From Sedimentisphaerales bacterium (lineage in GTDB: Bacteria; Planctomycetota; Phycisphaerae; Sedimentisphaerales; Anaerobacaceae), in the NCBI GenBank assembly GCA_963708075.1, contig OY970194.1, forward strand, positions 6,016,001-6,080,000: DNA of 64,000 nt, given 5' to 3'. Under the pieces are notes generated by a model. It was not told where the DNA came from, searched no databases, and saw nothing but the letters and a program-made list of their open reading frames with translations. Both the position numbers and the translations under genes were made by a program. Shown one piece after another: positions 29,891 through 38,458 of this stretch (the stretch's first letter is position 1; every line of letters begins with the position of its first letter).

Positions 29891-30231
29891 TGGTAAATTA
29901 GCGAGCTGCAGATGGTGTGCAGTTCGTCTTGGCCGAGCGTAGGAACGCAGCAGATTCGGCCAAAGGTCAGGAAGGTGAGAGAGTGAGGAGGGTCGCATAA
30001 GCCGACGGATCCTCACGGGATCTGCGGCAAAACTCACTTCTCCCGTTGTCACGACGGATCGTCGAAACTCCCACGGATTGGATGGCCACCAGCGCGATTG
30101 ATGTTGGTGGCGTGCTCTCAGACAACTGAGTGAGTGGACTTTAGCGGAACGCCGTTGAAAGTGCGCACCAGACAGAAGTACGCACGGAGTGAGCAGTACG
30201 GGTGCGTGATTATTTTTGGGGGGCAAGAAAG

Positions 30232-30711
30232 ATGAGTAATCTGGCGAAGTTTCTCGCGATTGTCACCGTGTGGCTGGCGGCGGGCAGTGCCATGGGCAAT
30301 ACCCCGCCTCCGCCTCCGCCTATGGGCCCGGTACCGCCTTTCGTGAAGGTGACCATTCCCAAAGAACCGTTGCAGCTCGGGGATATCTGGTCGGGCGGAG
30401 CGTTTCAGGCCGGAGCACAGGTGAATGTCCATGTTGTGGCGAATTGTCCGTACCAGGTTGATGCTTCCTTCCGGGACCTCAAGCTCGGAACGAGCAATCA
30501 GGTGGTGTCGCCGGAGCAGTTGATGGTAGCCATCAACGGCAAGCGGACGACCCTCGGAGGACGGGTACCGATTGTCTCGTCACGACAGCCGACGCCGCTG
30601 GATGGTGTGGACATCCCGGTGGAACTGCAAGTGGGTGTGAACGATTTCATGAAGTCTCGGGCAGGCCGGTACAACGGGACCCTGGTAATAACCGTGATGG
30701 CTGTGCCATAG
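30232..30711 (+). CDS. Secreted fimbrial/pilin-like beta-sandwich protein (minor subunit candidate)
   Basis: Sec signal (..AGSAMG), poly-Pro N-terminus, VVANCPYQV, C-terminal AGRYNGTLVITV strand reminiscent of CS1/Csu pilins. Confidence 0.65.
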   Translation: MSNLAKFLAIVTVWLAAGSAMGNTPPPPPPMGPVPPFVKVTIPKEPLQLGDIWSGGAFQAGAQVNVHVVANCPYQVDASFRDLKLGTSNQVVSPEQLMVAINGKRTTLGGRVPIVSSRQPTPLDGVDIPVELQVGVNDFMKSRAGRYNGTLVITVMAVP

Positions 30712-31166
30712 CACGGAAGAGGGTGATGAAACAGGGCCTCACAGACCGGCTTCATCAAGCTTTGTCATGTGAATAGTGCTTTTGTAGGTTGCCCAGAACC
30801 TATGGAATGGTGCGATCCCAGGTAGAGGCCCCCCCCTGAAAAGGGACGGGGAGAAAGGAGGTAAGGTGATGACGAAGTGACATCTCGCAGGCTTCTATGA
30901 GCCTGCGGGTCGCTTGCGGGACTCGGCCCCCCTCGAGCGATAGGATGATGTCAAATGCCAAGTGGGAATGAAAATCGCAGGTCAAACTCAGGTGGATTCA
31001 GGGCCGCGATTACTCGGGTGTACAGCGGGCAAACCCGGGTGGATTGTACAACGCAGTGTTGCCCGCAGGAGTGTGCGGCGTAGGCACGTAGCCGAGCCGA
31101 AAAAACTGGGTGTAGCTCCTGTGGCTGTATCGGCCAATTCGGAGCGAGGGTTAAGTTAGAAAGGAA

Positions 31167-31631
31167 GTGAAGATGTTGAAGAGAAGTATTCTTGCAGTAG
31201 CTGTCGTTGCTCTGCTGGCCGTGGGCGTACAAGCTGGCGAAATCAAAACCCATGAGTGGCCCTGCACGTTCGTTGCCCTGGAAATCACCTCGATTCCAGT
31301 CGTGATGGACATTGGCTACTATGTCCGGATCAAGGATCAGGACAAGCTGCGGATCAAGTTGGTGCAGGATGAGCAGGACATCCACAAGTTCAAGGGCTGT
31401 GTGGATATGGTTGTCGAGAGCAACTTCAACCTGGTCCTGAGCGCGAGCATCAGCAAGACCGGCGCGATTGATGGCGATTATGCCGTCAGCCTCGATCCGA
31501 GCAGCGCCAATGCGGGCAGCACGACCGTGAAGGTCTGCGCGACCCTGACGAAGGCCAACCTGACCGGCCAGGCCGCCGGCACCAAAGATGTGCAGGTTGC
31601 GACCGTGAAGATTAAGGTGAAGCCTGCCTAA
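31167..31631 (+). CDS. Secreted fimbrial/pilin-like protein (major subunit candidate)
   Basis: Strong RBS AGAAAGGAAG, Sec signal (..VGVQA), VESNFNLVLSAS, C-terminal VATVKIKV strand, own terminator; start GTG 31167 or ATG 31173. Confidence 0.65.
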   Translation: MKMLKRSILAVAVVALLAVGVQAGEIKTHEWPCTFVALEITSIPVVMDIGYYVRIKDQDKLRIKLVQDEQDIHKFKGCVDMVVESNFNLVLSASISKTGAIDGDYAVSLDPSSANAGSTTVKVCATLTKANLTGQAAGTKDVQVATVKIKVKPA

Positions 31632-31710
31632 CGAAGCCGTACAACGGCTATGCTCAGGGCGACATGACGCCGTACTGGTGTTGATGATCGTCTCTGGGTA
31701 GGTGAATCCC

Positions 31711-31755
31711 AAGGGGAGGATGGACCTACAGGTCCATCTCTCCCCTTCTTCTTAT
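31711..31755 (+). terminator. Intrinsic terminator after the major pilin-like gene
   Basis: AAGGGGAGGATGGACC-TACA-GGTCCATCTCTCCCCTT followed by CTTCTTAT. Confidence 0.7.
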
Positions 31756-31976
31756 GTCTGGGTAAACGGCCCCCGCAGTCGAGTTCCCAGCTACCAGTCA
31801 GCAGGCATCACAGGTGGGGTTCGCGTGCACACGCATGATATCAGGACTGCTGCTCGGTCTCATTCACTTCCTCTGTCGTGTCCGCGAGGATCCAAAGGTC
31901 TGTTTTTGCCGATAAACCCGCCCCCTTCGATCGAGGGTGAAAATAGGGAAAATCGGCGGGATAGAGAGAATAGCCC

Positions 31977-32005
31977 TTGACAAAGCCTTTCAAATTTGGT
32001 AATCT
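31977..32005 (+). promoter_or_regulatory. sigma70 promoter of the chaperone-secretin operon
   Basis: TTGACA-17-TAATCT with extended -10 TG. Confidence 0.65.
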
Positions 32006-32282
32006 TGCTAATATCTTTCCAAGGCCGCCTACAAGATCAGCAGAGTGGTCTTGGGAGGGGGCGGCATGTAAGTTGGGGGTGACTCACGGAAATCACGAGA
32101 AACAGGACAAGTACCTTGTTTGGATTGCCGAAGAGGGGATGGAACTATAAATCCGGACATAGAAGGACTATGTAAGCCGCACGGCAAGGGGCGGTGGTCA
32201 AGGTATTTTTGTGAGGTGGAGCATGGTGGAGAAGGCTGGCAATCAGGTGACGCGAGCGGATGTGCACCTCTTTGAAGGTCGA

Positions 32283-34028
32283 ATGGCACGGGGGATCATG
32301 GTGGGCAGGACAGATATTACTCGGATTATCGGAATATTGGCAATCACGCTGCTGACCGGCAGTTCTGCATTCGGTCAATTCGTGGTTCAACCGATGAAGC
32401 TGCTCGTTCCGGCGCCTCCCGGCAGGCGAGCCCCGGTGCAGGTGATGGTGGAGAATACTACCCGTGACACGGTCCAGAGCGTGGACTTGCGTCTGGCGGA
32501 TATCACCCAGGACGCGAACGGCGTGTGGCAGGCTATCGAGCCGGACGCCCAGGTGGTCACTCGCCCCGACGGCGCCCTCATTGTCAACGTAGGGACGGAG
32601 AGTTACCCGAATCTCGTGGATATCTCAAAGCTGCGAAGCTGCCAGAGCTGGGTGCGTCTGACGCGGAATAAGGTGGAGATTCGGCCGCTGAACCGTGAGC
32701 CGGTCCAGTTGATCATCGACGTGCCGGCCGGCACGCACGGGTACTACTGTGCCGCGTTGCTGGCCCAGGCCCAACTCGGACAACAGATGGTCGAAGGCTA
32801 TATGTCGAACGTCGTGCTGGAGTTCGTGGTCCCGATCATCGTGCAGGTCCAGGGTCGGCTCGAGCGACAAAGCGTGCAACTGACCGACGTTGGCCTGGAG
32901 TTCCGGCCGCAGGATGAGAGGATAGAGCCCGCCACGCTCGTGAGTCTATCCGTCAAGAATGACGGCGGAACCTACTCCATGCTCCGGGGTTATGCCCGTG
33001 TCTGGGGAAAGCTGGGAGGACATTGGCGCAAGATCGCCGATCGTGAGTTCTCCGGCGACATCAGCATCATCCCGGGCGCGGACTTTCGTATGAAGACGGA
33101 TGTCGGCTGTGCGCTGGGCGCCGGCGACTACAAAGTGGAGGGATACCTGTTTGTCGATGGTGCACAAGGTTCCGGCTTCTCCAAGGAATTGACCTTTGCC
33201 GGCGATCCTCGCGTGCGTGGGCCGGTCAAGGGGCTCGGGGCATTGGACCTCGATCCGATGGAAGTCATCCTGGATATCCGGCCCGGTCAGACGCGGTCAG
33301 CCACGCTTCTGGTGGCCAACGCGTACGAGGAACCCATCGATGTCACTGTAAACGTGAGCCTGCCGGATCAGATGGTGGACAAGGCCACAGATATCTTGCG
33401 GGGCGACCAATTCGATTGCACCAGTTGGCTGAAGGTCGAGCCCCGGACATTCAGGTTGGAAGGCAAGCAGCGTACGAACCTGAAGATCCTCGCCGAGATG
33501 CCGGCCGATGCCACGAACCCGAGCTACTATGCCATGATTCGGCTGCACGCCAGGCATGTGGCGGACGGGCAAGAGGCGGGGAGAACGGACAGCCGGATAT
33601 GCATCCAGAACAAGGATACGCCCGGCAACATTCGGATCGAGTCGTTCCCGCTGCGGCTGGCGGAGTTGACGCCGAGCCGGTATTCGGTGGTCGCTCAGTT
33701 CGGCAACTACGGCAGCACGCACGTGCAGCCGACCTGCCGCGCGTACCTGAGCGCCGTCCCCAGCAACGAAGTGGTCAAGAGATTCAATCTGAGCAATGAT
33801 GTCCTCTCGCAGGGCGGGCTCCTGCTGCCTTTGGAGACCCGCAACTTCAGAGGGGTCATGGATATCTCGGGGATGGCCCCCGGGACGTATCGTCTGACGA
33901 TCATGCTGACGCACGATAAGGCGCAGAGGGCCCTGAAGCAGATCATTCTGGACATCAAGGCCACAGCGGATCGTAAGACGGTCGAGACAACTGAGATTAC
34001 CGGTGCGCCGGTCCAGATAAAACTGTAG
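32283..34028 (+). CDS. Periplasmic protein with two tandem PapD/COG3121-like fimbrial chaperone modules
   Basis: Signal peptide (..SSAFG); repeated pattern FVVQPMKL/LDLDPMEV, SCQSWVRL/DCTSWLKV, VPAGTHGYY/MPADATNPSYY, VKNDG/FGNYG, GDYKV/GTYRL; start could be 32298. Confidence 0.7.
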   Translation: MARGIMVGRTDITRIIGILAITLLTGSSAFGQFVVQPMKLLVPAPPGRRAPVQVMVENTTRDTVQSVDLRLADITQDANGVWQAIEPDAQVVTRPDGALIVNVGTESYPNLVDISKLRSCQSWVRLTRNKVEIRPLNREPVQLIIDVPAGTHGYYCAALLAQAQLGQQMVEGYMSNVVLEFVVPIIVQVQGRLERQSVQLTDVGLEFRPQDERIEPATLVSLSVKNDGGTYSMLRGYARVWGKLGGHWRKIADREFSGDISIIPGADFRMKTDVGCALGAGDYKVEGYLFVDGAQGSGFSKELTFAGDPRVRGPVKGLGALDLDPMEVILDIRPGQTRSATLLVANAYEEPIDVTVNVSLPDQMVDKATDILRGDQFDCTSWLKVEPRTFRLEGKQRTNLKILAEMPADATNPSYYAMIRLHARHVADGQEAGRTDSRICIQNKDTPGNIRIESFPLRLAELTPSRYSVVAQFGNYGSTHVQPTCRAYLSAVPSNEVVKRFNLSNDVLSQGGLLLPLETRNFRGVMDISGMAPGTYRLTIMLTHDKAQRALKQIILDIKATADRKTVETTEITGAPVQIKL

Positions 34029-34132
34029 CATGCCGCGGGGTTGGCATTTGCTTAAAGCAAGGCGCGGGATTGCCGATATTCGAACTGGCCGTGGGATGGC
34101 GTAGTTACGGCTGCTGAAAGGGACGTTGACCT

Positions 34133-37100
34133 ATGGCGAAATATATCGGTAAAACATTATCGGGCGGGGTGATAGCTCTGTGCGTAATCCTCCTGTTGAC
34201 GCCAGAGAGCCACGGCGTCGGCGGAAAGGCCATAACGCGCATCATCTCCGGAAGCGTCGGTGAGGCCGGCGTGACCATGCAGGGCTTCCCTGTGAGTCCG
34301 GCCCCCGTGACGGACGACAACGGCGTGTACAGCGTCGCGGTCAAGTATGGCTGGAGCGGAACAGTCACACCCACCAAGCCGGGCTACACGTTCGAGCCGA
34401 AGCAGCGCGCCTATTCCAACGTCATTGAAGACAAGAGCGGGGACGATTACGTGGCGACCCTGCAGACATTCACCATCGCCGGCACGACGGAGAAGCCCAA
34501 CGTGAAACTGCGCGGCCTGCCCGATGACCCGAACAGCGATGCCGACGGTCGGTACAGCGTCAAGGTGCCCTTCGGCTGGAACGGCACCGTCATGCCCGAA
34601 CTGAAGGGGTTCCGTTTCGAGCCGCCTTCGAAGGACTATACCACAGTCAACGACAACAAGATGAGCGAAAACTATGCCGCTCGGATGCAGACCTTCGCGA
34701 TCGCCGGTTCCGTCGGCGCCGAAGGGGTCGTGATGAAGGGGTTCGCCACCGAGGTGAAGACGAACAAGGACGGGATCTATCGCGTGGAGGTACCCTTCGA
34801 GTGGAGCGGAAAAGTCGCGCCCGTCAAGGAAGGGCATGATTTCACGCCCGAGTTCCAGGAGTACTCGGCGGTGACGGACAACTACGAGAACCAGGACTAC
34901 GTGGCGCACGTGTTCACATTCGAGATCTCCGGCAGCGCGGGTATGGGCGGCGTGCTCATGGCGGGCCTGCCCGGCGAGCCGATGACTGACCTCGATGGTC
35001 GATTCACGGCGACCGTGGAATATGGGTGGTCTGGAAAGGTCACGCCGACGAAGGCGGGCTACAGTTTCAAGCCCTCCGTCATCGAGATTACAAAGATCAC
35101 GGAGAACAAGCCGAACCAGGACTGCGCGGCGTCCATCAATAAGTACAAGATCTCGGGAACGACGGGGATCGGCGGGGTGAAGCTGACCGGTCTGTCCGAG
35201 GAGGTAACCAGCGGGTCGACAGGCTCCTATACGGCGACGGTCGAGTACGGCTGGAATGGGACCGTCACACCCGAAAAGGAAGGGTACACCTTCGAGCCGC
35301 AGAGCCTGTTCCTTGGCCCCGTGGAGAAGGACCTGCCCAAGCAGGATTTCAAGTCCAAGGCTGTGACATCCACCCTCTCGGGCAACGTCGGTCTTGCCGG
35401 CGTGGAGATGAAGGGCCTGCCCGGCCGGATCATCTCCCAGCAGGACGGGTCCTACACCGTCGAGGTCCCCTTCAAGTGGGATGGAGTCGTCACCCCGATC
35501 AAAGAGGGGTACACGTTTGACCCGGCCAAGAAAGAGTATACCGATGTCGCGGAGTCCGCGACGGCCGAGGACTACACGCACATGGTCAAGCAATACACCA
35601 TCGTCGGCCGCACCACGACCGACAAGGGAGCTCCGATTGCCGACGTGTTCATCATGACCGACAAGCAGGGCGTCTCGGCGGTGAGCGGCTCCAACGGCGA
35701 GTTCACCTTAAGCGTGGACCACGGCTCGCAGATCAAGATCACGCCGACGAAAGACGGGTGCACCTTCGTCCCGCTTGTGAAGGCGGTCGGGCCCGTGACA
35801 CAGAACGTGGCTAACCAACTCTTCTCCGGCAAGGTGCGGATGGTCGCCATCACAGACAGTATCGTGGTGGATGACGAGCCGGTGCAGGGCGTCACAGTCA
35901 AAGACAAGGACGGTACCTACTCTGCCGTCACCAATGCCAAGGGTATCTACTCCATCCAGGTCCCCTATGGCTGGACCGGCGAGTTGTTCTGGACCAAGCC
36001 GGGATTCGAATTCGATCCCGCGAGCGAACTCCATCAGAACATTACGGAGAACATTGACAGGACGGGCACGCAACCGGTGGCCAAGCCGAGTACCGAGCCG
36101 GCCGTCAAACCAGCGGTAGGCACGCCGGAGCCGGTTGTCAAGCCGGCAGGGACCACTCCGGGGACGACCACGAAGCCGGCGTTGACTGTACAGGAAATAC
36201 TGCGGGGCCAGAGCCAGAAGCTGCCCGAGGCCACGACGACGGTGGCAAAGCCGCCGGAACCCGCTGTGGCAGTCGACCCGGAGAGGGCCCTCCTTATCAA
36301 GCTGCTTGAGGATTACAAACGCAAGACGGGCGCCGTAGTGGACGTGAATACTGCTCTCGGAACGGCGCCTGTGATTCAGCCTGGCAATGTTCAGAGCAAC
36401 TTGGGCCCGATCGTGAGCGGGACCTTCGCCGGCAGCGTGCGCGATGTGCTGAGGCAGGTCATGCAGCAGACCGGGGCAAAGGTGTACGCGGATGCCACGG
36501 TCAAGGCCGAGCAGATCCAGCCGGTGCCGATCCAGGGCATGCCCATGGCGTCGGCTCTGCCGCTGATCCTGAAAGGCACGACCTATCAGTTCCGCCACAT
36601 CGAAGCGCCGGAGGAAGCCTGGCAGGTCTTCCGTGCCATCAGCAACAACTTTGCGGACACCGATCTGCGGCAGGCATTGCAGGATATCGGCGCCATGGCG
36701 GGGGTGTCCATCATCCCGGATGAGACCGTGACCGGACGCGTTTGGGCGGACCTGCAGGGGGTTCCTCTGGAAGTTGCCCTGGAGACGATTCTGGCCGGTA
36801 CTCCGTACGTGGTCAAGAGCACGCCGAACTACTACCTCGTAGCCGACCGCAAGGTTGACGGCAGCGCCTTTGACAAGATCAGTGAGACCCGCCGTGTCCG
36901 GCTCAACTACATCTCGCCGAACTCGGCCCGGAGCCTTCTGTCCTCGGCATTCAGTGCGTATGTCCAGGCCGAAATGGATCCGAACAGCCATACCGTGACG
37001 GTTACTGCTCCCGCGGCGCTGGCGGAACGCATCGCGGGGGAAATCAAAGCGCTGGACATCCGGCCGCAGCACGTGCTTCTTGACGCACGCATTGTGGCGA

Positions 37101-37900
37101 TGGATCGAGGCGACCTGTTGAACATCGGCGTCGAGTGGGGCATGCCCACCGCACAGTTGGGATTCTACGGAAACTCTATTGAGCGCGGCACGCGGCCTAC
37201 CGGAGAAGCTGACCCGGCCGGCAGTTGGCCCTGGGGCGTCTCGGTGGGGCTGTCTTTTGACAACACCTTCACCAACTCTCTCAACGCCGCCCTCAACCTG
37301 CTCACGTCAAACAGCAAGGCTGACATCATCTCGAGCCCGCAAGTCGTGGCTCGGGACGGCGAACGGTCCAGGATCCAGGCCATCACGGAAGAGTATTACA
37401 TGATGACCGCCCCGGTCAACCAGAGCATGTTCTACACGCAGTCGCAGCTTGAGACGATCAAGTCCGGCACGACGCTCGAGATCACGCCGCTCATCGGGGA
37501 CAACAATGACATCCGATTGGACCTGGCCGTCGAGGTCAGCGACAGCATCCCGCGAGGCCGGGGCAGCGATCTGCCCGTGGTGACGCGGCGCACCGCCCAG
37601 AACTCCGTGGTGATCCGGGACGGCGGTACGGTGGCTTTGGCCGGGTTGACCGAGAACCGCACGAGGGACACGGAGAAGCGCGTTCCCTTCTTCAGCAATC
37701 TCCCGGGCATCGGTGGCCTGTTCCGCAACAACGAGACCGACAAAGCGATGCGTGAAATCGCCGTATTCGTCACGGTGCGCATCGTGCCGGAGCACGGCAT
37801 GATCGCCGGACCGCTCCCCACGATGGGTCAGAACGGCGGGGTCATGCCGTCGGCCGGCGATTCGTTCTCGCAGGAACTGAAGGACAGTCTGCAGCGATAA
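34133..37900 (+). CDS. Secretin (type II/III secretion protein D family) with eight N-terminal beta-sandwich repeats
   Basis: C-terminal QHVLLDARIV, SSPQVVARDG, SGTTLEITPLI, DGGTVALAGL, VPFFSNLPGIGGLF, EIAVFVT; N0/STN-like FADTDLRQALQDI; N-terminal ~75-aa repeats. Confidence 0.88.
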   Translation: MAKYIGKTLSGGVIALCVILLLTPESHGVGGKAITRIISGSVGEAGVTMQGFPVSPAPVTDDNGVYSVAVKYGWSGTVTPTKPGYTFEPKQRAYSNVIEDKSGDDYVATLQTFTIAGTTEKPNVKLRGLPDDPNSDADGRYSVKVPFGWNGTVMPELKGFRFEPPSKDYTTVNDNKMSENYAARMQTFAIAGSVGAEGVVMKGFATEVKTNKDGIYRVEVPFEWSGKVAPVKEGHDFTPEFQEYSAVTDNYENQDYVAHVFTFEISGSAGMGGVLMAGLPGEPMTDLDGRFTATVEYGWSGKVTPTKAGYSFKPSVIEITKITENKPNQDCAASINKYKISGTTGIGGVKLTGLSEEVTSGSTGSYTATVEYGWNGTVTPEKEGYTFEPQSLFLGPVEKDLPKQDFKSKAVTSTLSGNVGLAGVEMKGLPGRIISQQDGSYTVEVPFKWDGVVTPIKEGYTFDPAKKEYTDVAESATAEDYTHMVKQYTIVGRTTTDKGAPIADVFIMTDKQGVSAVSGSNGEFTLSVDHGSQIKITPTKDGCTFVPLVKAVGPVTQNVANQLFSGKVRMVAITDSIVVDDEPVQGVTVKDKDGTYSAVTNAKGIYSIQVPYGWTGELFWTKPGFEFDPASELHQNITENIDRTGTQPVAKPSTEPAVKPAVGTPEPVVKPAGTTPGTTTKPALTVQEILRGQSQKLPEATTTVAKPPEPAVAVDPERALLIKLLEDYKRKTGAVVDVNTALGTAPVIQPGNVQSNLGPIVSGTFAGSVRDVLRQVMQQTGAKVYADATVKAEQIQPVPIQGMPMASALPLILKGTTYQFRHIEAPEEAWQVFRAISNNFADTDLRQALQDIGAMAGVSIIPDETVTGRVWADLQGVPLEVALETILAGTPYVVKSTPNYYLVADRKVDGSAFDKISETRRVRLNYISPNSARSLLSSAFSAYVQAEMDPNSHTVTVTAPAALAERIAGEIKALDIRPQHVLLDARIVAMDRGDLLNIGVEWGMPTAQLGFYGNSIERGTRPTGEADPAGSWPWGVSVGLSFDNTFTNSLNAALNLLTSNSKADIISSPQVVARDGERSRIQAITEEYYMMTAPVNQSMFYTQSQLETIKSGTTLEITPLIGDNNDIRLDLAVEVSDSIPRGRGSDLPVVTRRTAQNSVVIRDGGTVALAGLTENRTRDTEKRVPFFSNLPGIGGLFRNNETDKAMREIAVFVTVRIVPEHGMIAGPLPTMGQNGGVMPSAGDSFSQELKDSLQR

Positions 37901-37929
37901 TGAGATAGAGGATAGTGGAATGGTGGGCC

Positions 37930-38382
37930 ATGCCTGCCGTACGAACAGTGAGGAGTATCGAACCCGTGCAAGCTGGACATAGACACATACTGATGCTGCT
38001 GCTGATCGTGCTGGCGCTGGAGGCGGTGGGCTGTAGCAATGGGCCCCAATGGCCGGCGTTAGGACAAAGAGAACAATCCAGGGACCTGCAGGTGCAACAG
38101 CGGGTCGGCGGGCAGGCAATCGATTTGAAGGCCGACGAGGTCGTCCGCATCATGCGCCGGATCGGGCTCATCGATGACCAGATTCTGACCCTCGGTCCGA
38201 CCCTGCGCGACGCGATGCGGGCCACCGGAGCTGCCGCGCTCGTGCGCAGCGGACGGCCGGAAGTCGTGTTCGCTGTCAGCGACGAGCATCTGTTCGTCCA
38301 GTCCCGGTCGCAGGGCAGCTTCATCTACGACCTGAAGGAGAAGCGGTTCATCCCTGTCCCGCCAATGCCTGCAGAGTACTGA
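37930..38382 (+). CDS. Putative lipoprotein (pilotin candidate)
   Basis: Hydrophobic stretch plus lipobox AVG-C; directly after the secretin; start uncertain. Confidence 0.6.
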   Translation: MPAVRTVRSIEPVQAGHRHILMLLLIVLALEAVGCSNGPQWPALGQREQSRDLQVQQRVGGQAIDLKADEVVRIMRRIGLIDDQILTLGPTLRDAMRATGAAALVRSGRPEVVFAVSDEHLFVQSRSQGSFIYDLKEKRFIPVPPMPAEY

Positions 38383-38399
38383 TCGCAAACAGCTTCGTG

Positions 38400-38458
38400 C
38401 GGTGTGTCGCCCACACCGTTTTTGAACTGAAAGCACCCGGAGGAGGGTGCTTTTTTTA
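38400..38458 (+). terminator. Tandem intrinsic terminators closing the fibre operon
   Basis: CGGTGTG-TCGCC-CACACCG-TTTTT and AAAGCACCC-GGAGGA-GGGTGCTTTTTTT. Confidence 0.8.

Noticed and set aside
30869..30943. Selenocysteine read-through of the mini-ORF UGA
   Set aside because: Read-through gives only 24 aa with no redox motif; the hairpin alone does not establish a SECIS
30232..38382. Conventional T2SS, T4P or Tad cluster
   Set aside because: No class III G/FTLxE prepilin motifs, no assembly ATPase, no GspF/TadB platform or prepilin peptidase in the locus
29340..38458. Integrative island at tRNA-Asn
   Set aside because: No integrase and no duplicate of the tRNA 3' end seen; coding GC and codon style match the host
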